This document shows positions 47,801 through 61,190 of a stretch of DNA of 64,000 nt, piece by piece; position 1 is the first letter of the stretch, and each line of letters starts with the position of its first letter. Position numbers and translations under genes: made by a program. Source of the DNA: Magallana gigas (Eukaryota); the NCBI RefSeq assembly GCF_963853765.1, contig NC_088856.1:34534001-34598000 (forward strand), in the 5' to 3' direction. The notes under the pieces are model-generated. The model worked only from the letters and a program-made list of their open reading frames with translations. It made no database searches and was not told the DNA's origin.

Positions 47801-50800
47801 TGAGTAGTAAAGGCCAGTAAAGGAATGACTTCTCATTGATTTTCATTTAAGTCTACCAGTAAAATTGGTGACTTTGAAACACATTAAATCTTGAAAAATG
47901 TTGATAAAACAGATGAAGCAGACAAAAACAGTATTTGCTGTAGCAAGCTTTTTGGCCTCTTGAGCTAAGGATAAGACTCAAGAATGAAGATATATATACG
48001 TGTACATGTAAATGAGATTCCCTGTGTATGAGCTATGGTACCCAGGTGACCGTTAAGGCCTGTGAGCCTCTTGTTTAAGATTGCTGTTTCTTGTTCTGAT
48101 TTTGAATGATTGACACTTTAATACTCATGTTTTTTTATCTTCTTTTGTTGTTGTTGTTGTTGTTACTGTTTGTTGTTGATTTGTTGTTTATTTCTGGGGT
48201 TTCAGTTCTGTTAGTTCCTGTACCCCTGCGTCTGCTCGCAGAAAATCCTGTCTGCCGACTCCTCAGAAAACACGTTGCGGCTCCACCAGCTCTATACCAC
48301 AGCCCAGGTCTGATCTTGCATCTCTGTCACTTTATTTATACATGATGGTTCTTGTATTTCTGTGACTTTATTTATAAATGATACTTCTTGCATTTCAGAC
48401 ATATAAAAATTGCATTTATAGCTGTCTTTGTACTTGTTCATGTCCATGTACTTGGTACATTGTGTTGGACTACAATCATTTGTCAAATTGTCAAAAAGTG
48501 TTTGTCACTCCCAAGACAAATCGATGGGAATAAATATAGATCTTTTAAATCTGCTGAAGTAGCTTTTGTTTTTATTTAATGAGCAGATCAGAGAATCTGA
48601 TTTTAATCTGATTGTGTAACATATATGACCAATGAACTCCGTCAGTGTGATGTACCTGGTACTCAATATCAGAAGGAAACTACTCCCACAACTCAACACT
48701 CAGCTGTTCAAAGCAACTAAAACCTTCCATATTAGGAAATTCTACATAACAAAGTGAAGTCAGTCATTCAGCTTTTAATTACTCATAAGTAAGGCATTCA
48801 ACTTTCACTTTTCCAGCCCAGTGGTCAGGCCCAGTGGTAACTCCACCCACAGACCCAGCAGTAGCTCCACCCACAGGCACAGTGTGTCAGAGTCCCCATT
48901 CGTCAATCGCAGTCTGGTAAGCACCGCCTCCATGACAAATCTTGGACGACTTCCTCCATGTCTTTTTCTGTCTTAATTGTTAAATGTAGTACCTAATTTC
49001 ATTGGACAAATACTAGTAAATGTAAATCAGAAAAATTTCATCTGTTTGGAAAGAATTCTGTTGATTTTGTATCTGACATAATCAGATTGCATAAAATGTT
49101 AACTGCAGATCTGAAGATTTATGGGAAAATTCAGGTTGACAGCCATGGAGCTGCAAAAAAAATTGTGCTAATTTTAGACTTATTAATTCATATCTCTAAA
49201 TATTTTGTACAAATATTCAATTTAAATTATTCTTCAAAAATTTTATGATGGATGCCATCACTTAACTTGCCTCTGTAATTTTAAACACACTCACCATCCC
49301 TGTAAAGTGAAGTAGTGTGATTTGTGTTTACATGTAAAATTGGAGAATCTTGATCTGTATGTGAATATAACATACATGTACATGTCTTTCACTTTCCGAG
49401 GTTGGTGTAAAATGGGTAAATTAATTGTTTAATGTTTTAGTGTTCATGTTCAGAAAGATGGCAACCTATTTATTTATAGGAACATTTTTTTATTTTTCAT
49501 ATTTATGAAAATACATACATGTAAATTTTATATTGTTTATATAAAATAGAATAGATCTCTGAAATAAAGCTGTGATCTGCAGATTAAAAAATTCATTGCA
49601 CAAAAATGACCCTTTAGACGGCATGTTATACATGTACCTATGATTAATTTCTTCATTTTCATAAATGAAATTTCTTCATACCCTACTTTGAAAAGGATTT
49701 GATTTCTGAGTGATTGAATAATGTAAAGCTGAATAGTTGTACAACAATTTTTTGCAAATTTCTTAGAGGAACACCATTTCTACTGGAAAGAGAGGTTTGT
49801 TAAATATGCTGTGACTAAGTACATGTGTATATCTAAAATTGTAATAATTATTAAACAACATAAGGTGGAATAACATATCATCAAAAAATGGCTACCTTTG
49901 ATCGAACAACATTTCATTTTATTAAAAGGATTTCATCAACAGCAACAGGTAACCTACTCCATAGCCGAGTGGATAAAGTGTTGGACTTGTGATCCGTACA
50001 TCCCGAGTTCGAGTCCCGCAGGGGCTTTTGTTGCTATACATGCATGTACTTTAATACTGAACTGCATTTTTTAGATATTCATTTTTTATTCCAAAACTGC
50101 AAATTTTTCACTTAGGTATTTGACATATGTACATGAACATCAATTTATTTATCATTATCTCTTTCATAATCAAATAATTTACTGTTAATTTGAGTGACTT
50201 TTTCCAGGTGTGTTATTCCACCTTCATACAAATATACAATGGAGTGGGCTGCCACAATGAGTGACATTTGATGCCATTATTAACAAGTTTTATAGAAAAC
50301 AATTTGTTTATTGCACAACGCTAAGCAGTGCTTTAAAGTCAAATAATTAAAAGCAAAGGATGGTAGTTAACTGTGTAATCAGATATATTTTATGGTTAAG
50401 GCTTGGTGAGCAGATTTATGCATGTGCTTGTATTACTGCTTTATACACAATTACTTACCTAGATTTATCAATATTTTTATTACATAGATTTACCAGTAAT
50501 AAACACTTTAAACTTCTAAATAAACCTTAATTTATTTCAATAAAAGTCAGTAAGGATAGAATTTTACATCCTGTAATGATTGGCAGCTATAAAAATTCAT
50601 TTATACTGGGAAATGAACGAGTAAGAACATATACTTTAGAATATACTCTAATGTTTTTACTTTCAGATGTTTTACATGTAAACTGAATGATTTTCTGAAC
50701 ATAAACAGTGTTTGTATTTTTTTATATTTCATGATTTGGGAAGATGATAGGAAAATAACTCTAGACTATTATAATTCATCATTATCCACATTTAATTTCA

Positions 50801-51155
50801 TTGACTAACCACAATGGCCAAATTCTCATGAAATCTTAAAATTATCAAACTAGAATGGATATTGAATTTACTTCAAAACACTTTAATCCCAAGTTTGGTG
50901 AGTAAAGTAGCAAATGTGAATATAAACTGGGTACCAATATAAGATATCAAAAATCTCCAATTACTGGATAAGCATCGACAAAATGTAGTGGTTTTGACTG
51001 GTTTTTTTTCTTTTTTACATGCAGAAATTCCAAAAACTAGGCACTCCATCGCGGGAAAAACCAGTCCTATAAAGTCCATTCCACAGAAATCAGTGGTTCG
51101 GGGCATTTATCAGGGTCGCAGAAGCCTGGCAGCGTACAAGACTACAGCAAAGTAA
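41823..51155 (+). CDS. GTSE1: GTSE1/PSRC1(DDA3)-family microtubule-associated protein, ~633 aa
   Basis: join(41823-41829, 42008-42163, 42567-42698, 44471-44534, 44819-45320, 45788-45919, 46311-46737, 47181-47301, 48206-48307, 48817-48916, 49767-49794, 51025-51155) = 1902 nt, GT-AG, open frame. IQLLEDEEFDFDLPLSP..EDDEEVFIGPIGFTEKCVA..LSPLKPHQIAEIFKEAQLV matches the human GTSE1 N-terminal domain as recalled (LLLADEKFDFDLSLS..EDDEVFFGPFGHKERCIA..WSPL..EVYKEAHLL). The remainder is S/T/P/K-rich and likely disordered, with SxIP/LP motifs. The start exon and the 28-nt exon are inferred from phase. Confidence 0.85.
46863..47026. mobile_element. TA-flanked MITE, same family as 21991-22171, opposite orientation
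   Basis: TACAGTTAAACTTCGTTATCTC...GAGATATCTAAGTTTAACTGTA. Confidence 0.75.
47288..47760. repeat. 35-36-bp minisatellite (~13 copies) beginning at a GTSE1 exon/intron junction
   Basis: Consensus CCAGTCTGATCTAAGTAAGAGCAACTTATACTACA; the first unit spans the real donor TCTAA|GTAAGA at 47301/47302. Confidence 0.9.
48144..48188. repeat. (TTG)n microsatellite upstream of a GTSE1 acceptor
   Basis: TTTTGTTGTTGTTGTTGTTGTTACTGTTTGTTGTTGATTTGTTG. Confidence 0.85.
49862..50224 (+). mobile_element. 363-bp MITE (14-bp perfect TIR) carrying a tRNA-derived Pol III-like core
   Basis: AAGGTGGAATAACA (49862-49875) / TGTTATTCCACCTT (50211-50224). The core at ~49955-50024 has A box TAGCCGAGTGG, an anticodon-like arm TTGGA-CTTGTGA-TCCGT and B box GAGTTCGAGTCC. 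Acceptor and T stems are broken, so this is not a functional tRNA. Confidence 0.75.
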
Positions 51156-53568
51156 CAAGATGGCGGCAAAGTAACCAGACTACAGAGGGGGACTAGCCAA
51201 CCAGTTATCAGTTGTACATGTACAATGAGAAAAAGGAAGGCAGAATGGAAATATCAATGTTTTACATGAATTAATGTTGGATGAATTTTTAATGTTTATA
51301 AGAAAATTTCAAATGACTTCATTTTAAATTATCATGTGTTTTCCATTTAAATTGTGTACCGTAATTATAATTGTACAAAGCCCTATTCATTTTAGTTAAT
51401 TGTAAGTTATATTTTTTTTGTACACATGATAATAACTATTCATTGTTTGATCACATCATTGATGAGCAAGTGAAACAATGGATTGTGTCAATCCAAGTGT
51501 CGTAGACCATCGTAACCTTGCCTATATGAAGGGAGCTGCATACACATCTTAATTCTGTCAGTTATGATCGTAAACATAACTCAATAGGCCATTTTACTTG
51601 TATTAGTTGTTTTGTTATTCAAGTCCAACTGACCAAAATTTTCAAGAATTTGAAATAAAATAAGATTTTCAATATTTTGAAATAAAATAACATTTCAAAA
51701 ATTAGATAGGCCTATATAATAATTTTTTTAAGAATTTGAAATAAAATAAGATTTTGGATTTTCCTCTTTTTTTTTCCTCTAAAAATTTGAACTACAGAAA
51801 TATAAAATGGATGAAAAGTTAACTGAAGGATGTTAATCCAACTATAAAATCAGTATGAAGATAAAATGAGATTTAAACATTAGCTTTAAACTATAAAAGA
51901 AAATTGCATTTCTATTTTGGTGGAGGATCAGTAGATGTAAATACCACATAACCTACAAAAATTTGGGGGGGGGGGGGAATGTCCCTTAATTTTTATTTCT
52001 TTTTACAACCTACTGACAAATATTTGGGCTAAAAATACTCAAAAAACAACTGAAAAGAAAGAAAGTGGCCTTTAGGACTTAACCTAGTATGTTGTATTAT
52101 CATGCATAGATTTAGTGTTAATCTTCATGAAAAAGGTATTGGTTGTTGGCATAGTGTTAATTCAAATGTATAGAACTATATTGTATATCTATAGCCTGAG
52201 CTCACTATCTGTATGCTCTGGAGTTTGATTAAGTTTGTAACGGATAAAAGAAAAACTTCATCGAGAAAGTCTGACCCAGCTTTGTTTGTTAGGGTTGGTC
52301 AGTGTGGTGTTAATCTAACATTATGAACACTAGACAGGTTTCTCCCATCTGCTTCAATGGTTTAATTAAACAAGATGAAAAGGCAGTTTTATGCATTTGA
52401 GGTGGGAAGCAGACATTTTATGACAGAGACCTGTCCTGTTATTCTCTGATACATGTATTGTGATATCTCATTGTGATCAACACTTCTAATAAATTTTATA
52501 GAATACGACTGTTGGAGTTTGAAGTATCAAGTTTTAATTTTAATGATACAACTATATTTGATGCCAGATTAAGAAAGGAATTGTAATTTTGCCCAGAATG
52601 ACGGTACTTTTGGTATGAAAAAGTTTCCACACTACGGTAATCTCTATAAATGCCCACTTTTATTTTCCTTGCTCAAATGTCTCCAAATATTAATTTCAAC
52701 TTATTGCAAAATTTAAAAGGCAACTATTGGGTTTTCTTTCTTGTTAATACAAAGCAAAATTTATGGCGTCTTGTTAATCATGTATAAATGAATCAGCTAG
52801 GGGTGTGATTTTTCATCGGAAATGTGGATTTTCCAGAATTCTTTGAAAGTCAAAAGTTCATTCTTGAGCAGAGCTCAGACAGATTTGATCTCCTTTATTT
52901 CTGCCAATCACATCCCTGATGTAAATCGATAAATAATTATATTATTAATAGAAAGAAGTCATTTTCCTGGTGTTAATAATTTATTTCAAAATTTTCTATA
53001 CAAACCCACATTTTTATTCCTCGACAGACCCAATTAATGGACATCATTGATATTATCACATAGTTAATACAATTCTTCCTAAGGAATTACATCACTAGTC
53101 AATTATAACCTTTCAACTGATTCAGATGAGTGCATTGTCTCTGTATATATGAATCTAATACATTGCTTCATAGTATGCCTCAGCAATTCATAATTGAGTG
53201 TATGTTTAAGCTCTTATATTATATAACCCTGATCAGTAAGATTTTTAGATGCACCTCAATTAAAATAGTCAGATTAATTTATTTAACTGACTACACTTCA
53301 TGAAATACAACAATAAACAAAATGGATTTCCCAATAGACTGCATGAAAAGACAAAAGTGTATGTTAAAAATACATTTTCATAAATACAATATATAACTAG
53401 AGATAATATGATAATTAAGGTATACGTATTTTCAGACAATTTTGTAACCAAGCAATCTGGTTCCTACCTAGACCCCAAGATAATTCAAAGAAGGATGATT
53501 TAAGGTTGAGATGTAAAGATTTGCTGCCACCTGACTGAACATTTTCTTCTGGTGGTCATAGTATACTG

Positions 53569-53796
53569 TACTGTAGATTTCTAAATAAACCCGTGGAATT
53601 AATATCCGCTTAAAATTATGAGAAGCACATCTTGCTTATTTTAAAATCTCGCTTTTATTTTTCAGATAGATATAAACTAAATGAAACTATAATAAAAATT
53701 TGGCATTCGCCATTTTATATTCCAGCAACTTAATGAAAAACTGTAGAATTGCGGAATTAAGTACATGTACTCGCGTAAAATGAGGAATCTACAGTA
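53569..53796. mobile_element. TA-flanked MITE, family of 501-626 / 9202-9424
   Basis: TACTGTAGATTTCT...AGGAATCTACAGTA ends. Confidence 0.7.
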
Positions 53797-56727
53797 GTAC
53801 TTGTACAGGATAGTTAAATCAACTTTACTGTCAATATGCAGTAGTTAGTGTGTTAAAGTAAAAATGTCAATTTACGCCAATCGAACATTAATCAAAAGAG
53901 CTTTGATGTGATTGAAGTAGTGATTTACATAAATTATTTCACCACATCTCAAAGTTTTGTTAACAAGTGCAGCCAGTTGTTCCCCACATGAATTTTAGTT
54001 CAGATTTTCATTTGTCAGATATTTCCTTGTTTCAATTCTACAACACGTGCAGTGGACTGCTATACCTACATTTACCAGTTTGATGGTACTTTTTACATAG
54101 TTTCTAATTTAGGAAGTTTTTGCATTATCTGAGAACTAAATCATCAAAATTTGAACTTAATTGGAATTTTTTCTTTTTAAAATTTTTGACATAACACATG
54201 TTAAAGATATTTTTGGTAAAAATTGGAAAGTTTTTGATAATAAAAAAATGAAAACCTTTTCAAAAAAAAAAACAAACAAAAAACTCATGGCTAGCTACAT
54301 GTAATACACCAGCTCTTATTTAAATGTCCACATGCGGAGTTATCAGGCCAAAAGGCAGATTCAATACAATATTTGATTTAATTGAGAAAATTTCAATCTA
54401 ACTGTGTTCAATCATTATTATTTTCAAAATATTTAGTTTTTCTGTTCAAAATATAATTCATATCTATCTATATATACAAGTATTGAACCTCTTGAGCACT
54501 CTAAACCATTAGATCTAAATGTGGCTACAGCAGTGGTAACAATTTGTAGTGCACATGTTCATCTCTGCACCTGTCAATCTGTCATAAACACAGTTCTACA
54601 TCTATACCCTCAGAACACAGTTTTTCATCTACTGGGTATATAGTTATACCCTACTGTACACATTTACTTCAAATACTTCTTTGAATCACAAAAAGAGACA
54701 CGGTTATACCGTACAAGTATATGAACTACATCTGATGTTGACCAAATAAGTTAATTCTTCACACTCCCACACTCACCTAGTTTTACTAGCATGATGCAAA
54801 TACACTTACAAATTTCAAACTCTTGAACACAAAGTAGATAAGCATTAAAATGTTTAAACTATTGATTACACAGAAGTTGTCTATCAATACATATAATGTT
54901 CTGTAAAATTTCCTCTAAAAATATTAGAAAAACCAATGAAACAGGCACATCATCATACAAAACGTGATTAACTGGACTAGTGTACATTCTCCCTCTCGTT
55001 GATTGTACGTCTGCATAAACAGTCTATATGATGGGGCGATAAAGCTGGTGCGATATGAAACAACTGGTGACATAATACGACGATATAATACTGCTGTCAA
55101 AATATAAATAAAAAATAAAATAACCTGTCCATCCCTCAGATTTCAAAGTATGAATTTTAATGAATATATAGCTCAATATTTTAAGTAAATTAAAGACCAG
55201 AGAAGTCATTATATATAGAGTAAAAAAAAGTACAAAGAGTGTAAGACTTTGCTGAGGGATGAACTTCATAAAATATAAGTATGAGACCTAAACTTAAAGC
55301 AATTTGAACTATCTACATGTATTAGAAATCACAGTTGTGTCCCACAGGCAGATCTCATCCACAAAAATGCAGTTTTGCAACTAACGTTATCACAAAAATA
55401 AGAACCAGTTTACAAGAAACAGTACTTTGTACAATTATCTGCTAATGATCATCACAGTCCCATTATCTTGATCCCTCTTATTTACAACATGCCATCGATA
55501 ACATCAACAAGACAAAAACATACTGTATGGATAGTGCTTACTATACCTCAAGGAAAAAATAACACCATAATGAAAAAAAATCCCACAGGATAATAAAACA
55601 TATCTTAATTAGCATTAATAAGAATAAAAACCATGTTCTAAGTAGATTACCAAAAAACTACAATGAGTCACCTATAAATATTGTTTGCTTGCCCTCCCCC
55701 TTTCAGTGTTTGAACTTGTAATAAGTCAATATGTAGATCGAGAATACACTTTTAATTATTTAATTTGTGAAAATCTTTGATAATCTGGTTTGGCCAATGA
55801 ATGTTTAAAATTTTAAAATACCGGTAGTACAATGCACCATGGTGAATTTATTACATATATTTTGAGTCGGACCATATTTCAACACTTTGATGGAAGAAGG
55901 CAAACAATCATTCTTTTTATCAAAAAGGTATTCATAGCATTACTTTTCTTCAAACCCTTAAAGATGCTTATTAACAATACATTGTGTATTACTTTATATA
56001 ACCAAAGATTGCTCAAGTGTGAATACTTCGGATTAGCAATCACTCACACAGTTCACATAGAGCCCTGTAAGTCACTCTGTATGGTGGTCTGTAACATAGT
56101 CAAATTTAATGCCCAAGTTACAACACAGGATGCATGTCAAATGAATTTACTGTCATAATTCTATAAGTCCTCAATAGGATGTACACTGAGAGTTGGATCA
56201 AATTTCAATACTTATGCTTTCCCCCCCCCCCCCCAAAAAAAATCCTAGAATAAATACTGGGTTTAATGAATTAAAGAAACTAATATTTGCCTTCCTGGGA
56301 AAAAAAAGCAACAACTTATGAAACAATTTAAAAAATAATGTAAATCAGATAAAATACAATGGAATGCTTATTGCAGGGAAAAGGAATCAAGTTTGTTGAT
56401 ATGTGTATATAATTTATAAGAACGATCATGCTAGTAATCACTAACAACTTCTTTTTGTGCTAATTGTCTTTTTGTGCTAATTGTCATTGTCAATTCGCCT
56501 GTTGTTGGCTATAAAGAAACACAATTTTGCATTGTGTTCGTAAGATTGCATAACATTTCGTTAAAATAACAAATTATATAGTTATATACAAGAACAAGAT
56601 AAAATTGGTTTTCATAACATCATACAAAAAATAGGACACAAACTTGGTTTTCAAATAACAATAAGAAACACATGTGTGAACAAACTCTGTATCATAAGCA
56701 GATCTAAATGTTAAAAACTGGACAACA

Positions 56728-59700
56728 TCAAACCTTTTGGTTTACAGTTAAAGTAGCAATGGGTTTCATAGGGACATATTTGCTGTACATGAAAACGGAT
56801 ATAATGACCAATGTTGCACCAACGAAGAACTGTAGGGACAAGTGAAAGTCAAAAAAGTAAATAGCTGCTATACAAGATATGATAATTGCACCAGATGTAG
56901 CAAAACCCTTGAGGATATTGTCTGCATACTTGACCACCACAGCCACGACCAGACCCCCAAACGACTGCAGACAGATGACGGTCCACACTACGTAGTCATA
57001 GCCGAAAAAGAAGCCTTTCTCCGTGACTTTCGGCCCGTCGTTGATTTCCATGGTGATTAAGCCGATCACAGATCCTATGATTCCCAGCTGGACGTTTCGC
57101 AGCCAGATACTCTGATTGGTTCCTTTCAGGATTTTCTCAAAGTAGACTCCAGCGAATCCAGAGAGGCAGCACTGGACCAGGACAGCTACCAGTCCCAGCA
57201 GGGGGCGCTGCTCCACGGCGACCTTGCTTTGGGAGGAGTTGGAGGGCTGGACCTGGACCAGGGCCACCCCACAGAACAGGATGAAGAGGGCCAGCCACTG
57301 GAGGCGACTCAGGGGCTTACCCAGCATTAGCACCGAGAACAGCGCCGTCGTCAGGATCTTCAACTGGTATGTCACCTATAAAAGAAAAATCGTTTAACTA
57401 CCGGTAAATCTGATATGTCACCTGACAAAAAAAAATAGAAAATCATTCTACTTGATCTGATAGGTAACAAAAAGACTAAAATAAAACTTAAGACATTCAT
57501 TATTTTCTCCCCTATTTCATACGAAATTTGATTGTGTTCATACAGCTTAAATGACAAAATTAAATGCTCTTAGGGAAATAAATCCTTTTATCCCGGTCAG
57601 TCATTATTATTCATGATGCAACAATTTATTACCAGGGATACATAGTTTTACTTAGCAATAAATATAGGGTATAATGCGATACAACTAACTTAATAATGTG
57701 CATATCAGCGAGGCTTCAGCATTTGGCCCTCTGGCTGATCTTAAAGGTGTCTCAGGCGATACAGGGTGTAATATGAAAAAGGGTACGTATTATTCTTTAT
57801 ATATCATACAGCATGAAAGGTCAAACTTTTAAAAATCTGAACTATCCTGGTTACAAATATATTAGTATTTCTAAAAATACTTAAAAATTGATCAGGACTA
57901 TCAAGCTGAGGATCTCATTACAAGTCAAATTAAACTCTCTGACCTAATGTGTCACTTGAGGAATAAAATAAAACTTAAGAGATTTATTGATGGGCCACAA
58001 AGAATAAGATTATATTATGCACATATAAATTTATTCGGTATATACTGATATAAAGGATATTCACAGCCACTTTAAAGTATTTCCCCTATTTTTATTTCAG
58101 TCTAAACCAATTTTTCTACCAGGTATACTGCTTTTAAAAGTATTATTAAACAGTGTTCCAATTATTATAGCTTTAAAAGCATGTTTAATGAATGTTTCTA
58201 TAGAAAGAAATTTTTGTGATTTTTCATCAAGCTACGTAAGTTAGAAGCTTTCTGCAAAGTTTGCTGCAGTTTAAAGGGACTTGGACACGATTTTAAATCA
58301 ACATTTTCTTATTCTTTTTTTAATGTATAAAATGGTTGATTTGCTCATTTTGAGTGATTGGCCAAAATTTGATTGTCAAGTTATAAGAGAGATACAGAGG
58401 TAAGAAATCATTGTTATGTAAATAAAGCTTGAGTCTTATAATTGTTTACAAATAATATAAAGTATGGAATTACCATTTCTTTTACCAAATGACTCGTGAC
58501 AAACAAGGTAAACTGATTCAATGTGTTAAAACACGTTTAAAAGTATTGAATATAATTTCCAATTAATTTTTTTTACATACAGACCCATTTTGTAAATGCC
58601 TCAGTTTGAAATATTATGAATAACTGATCATGTGATGTTGCAAACCTGTTCAGTATTAAAACAAGAAGTTAACGCAAAAGCGTGGTCCATATGCTGGTAG
58701 CAGACTATCGCATTCGTAGACAAGATATAAAGATATACACTCATGTGAATTGTTTATAACTATGCATATGAAAATATGCATTTCTCTTTATATAAAATGG
58801 CCATAGTATTCAATTATTGCCAATGAATAACATGGTATTCGTCACACTGACCAAGTCTGGGTCAGGTTTCTCAGATAGCAAAAAACAGCGTTTAAAATGG
58901 CATGCAATGTATATATATACAGCTTTAAGTGAAAATGTTAAAATGTTTTCATTGATTTTTTTTTCTTGGTACATGTACCTATAATTTTGTGATTTAATGA
59001 AACTTTTTTGTAGCTAAATTGAGAGCATGGACTGATGTTAGACTTCAGAATAGATTCAGAAACCTTTCATATGCTGAAGAATTCACTGGTCTTTCTATGT
59101 AACATACTGATCAACAATAAAAATTATTCAAATTTTTTGCGCACAGACTAGTTAGGTCTTGATAGCTGTTGACCTAACAAGCGAGATGAGAAATCCTTGG
59201 GTCATGAAGGCCTTAAACACAATCTTTTTGTTAATAACTTACCAGTAATATGGGGTTGCAGGTACATATGTACCTTCAAAATGGTAGAGCATCATGTTAA
59301 TCAAAAGATTTTTTTAAAAATTCCACTTGAAATGACAATTAGTCAATTACCGGTAAATTTGATGGAGATTTTATCCAGATAATGGGTTTTAATATTTCAA
59401 ATCTGGGATAGATCTTATCATATTTTTTCTCCTAGATAGTACAACTAAATTCAGGGACATATCCTATTCTCCTTGGTATTTAGCGTACATCCTGGTTACA
59501 AGAGGCAGGATCACAATGTAGATTACATAAACCCTGTTCACCCTTAATACTTCTATCCTCACAAACAGATGTCAACCCTGCCTGCTGGTTGTCTAAATCA
59601 ACTGCTGACTTTTTTTGCTTTCTGACTACAGAGCATTGCTTAGTTCCCAGATACCTTTATACTTAGGTAACCATTAAGACCCCTTTGCCTTTTGTTTCAT

Positions 59701-61157
59701 ATATTATGTATTACATGTAGTGTAGGTTATCAGAATTCAAAAGGAATGACTGGTAATCTTAAAGTTTTCTCTAGATAACATATATGTATCTTATGGGGGG
59801 GGGGGGGTGAGCCAGATTGTTCAGTGCATTCATTACCTAACATGGCATGATACATAACTGCAAGGCTTAGATGTAGAAATCAAAGCAGTAGAGATTTCTT
59901 GGATAGTAGTTTGGTGTTACTTTTAAAAAGAAAGGGGTATGGTACTATGGTAGGCTTCAAACCCATGGACACACATACCTATAAACTTTACAACACTCTA
60001 TAAATCTTAGTTTAGTGTATGCTAACAGCATGATCAATGGAGCACAGTCTTTACTATTAGAACATATCCCAAGGGACCTTATAACTATTCGGTGTAGCAC
60101 ATGTTTATATCTGCTACCGGTAACTGCCCAGGAGTATAATTTTTTTTTTTTAGTTGAGATGATCGAAGCTGAAAATGAACATAATTATGTTGATGCATGA
60201 TAACCATTGCAAACTTGGAACTACATGTTGTATATTTCATTGCCATCATTTATAAGAGTGACACGAGTTAAAGTAAAAGTTCAGTTTTCGTTAAGATAAA
60301 TATCTTAATGACAATTTTTTGTATTTAATTATCTGGCCTTAATTTCCTGCTGTGTGGTTGGTTTTTTTATGTCAAAAAAGTGCACATTGAATTATAAATT
60401 ACAGAGTCCGCTTAAACTAAAGTACAGATCTCCATTTAGTAGAAAGCACCGCCTGTGTCTGAATACTATTAGCAAACGATTTACTTACGATATAATTTTT
60501 GACAATTGGGAGCATTGTACAGATCAGAATTCCATGAATGACAAATTACTTATGCCTGCTATCTACATTTTCATTTCCTGTGTTTTATGTTCTCAACTAC
60601 TGTTACAATCATTTTATTTTGAATATCAAATTCAAAACAGGATAGATTTTTAATCTGTCACTTGTAAAACTAATTCATTATTCCCAAATTTAACAATATG
60701 ATCATATAATGACCACAGCTGTAATGAAAACACTCGACTTCAAAAGAATACTTCTTACTTAAGAATTGGAAAGACATATTCTATTAAAAAAGGTAGTATG
60801 CAGTATTCTAATCAACTGATACCTGAAAAACTGCAGCATCCAGATTTGAGACAGCGACAAAGAGAAGGTTATTTTGCACAGTGTATATGATGGACGGAAC
60901 CGAAATCTTCAGGCAGTCCATAGGCTGCTGTATAATGTTCTCGTTGAGATGTGACAGAAACGCTCTAACACTCCCCTCCTTGTAGAAGATGATGATGAAG
61001 CAGGCTAGGAACTTGAGGACTTCGGACATGATGACGGCGGTGGTGGACATGAACATGTCGCCAGGACGAGTGCGGACATAACGCATCATCAGGATAAAGA
61101 CCGCGTTCTGAAGCATCAAAGTTACCAGACTGAAGTACTTTAGATGTGTAGCCGTTT
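56728..61157 (-). CDS. SLC35A2: UDP-galactose translocator-like nucleotide-sugar transporter (SLC35A family), 3' part; start exon not located
   Basis: complement(join 56728-57375, 60823-61157), GT-AG, phase 0 between the exons; the upstream exon must end in phase 1. [114 protein letters not shown]. The QNA and RT.PGD.F..TTAV motifs favour SLC35A2 over SLC35A3. Confidence 0.9.
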
Positions 61158-61190
61158 CTGAAAGAAAACAATACAATCTGAGTACCATTT

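Noticed and set aside
49955-50024. tRNA-Thr(TGT) gene
   Set aside because: Acceptor and T stems have several mismatches and the sequence lies inside a TIR element; treated as tRNA-derived.
51156-51167. Perfect YY1 motif CAAGATGGCGGC just after the GTSE1 stop as a hidden promoter
   Set aside because: A single motif within a small local duplication; no downstream exon or CpG-rich context.
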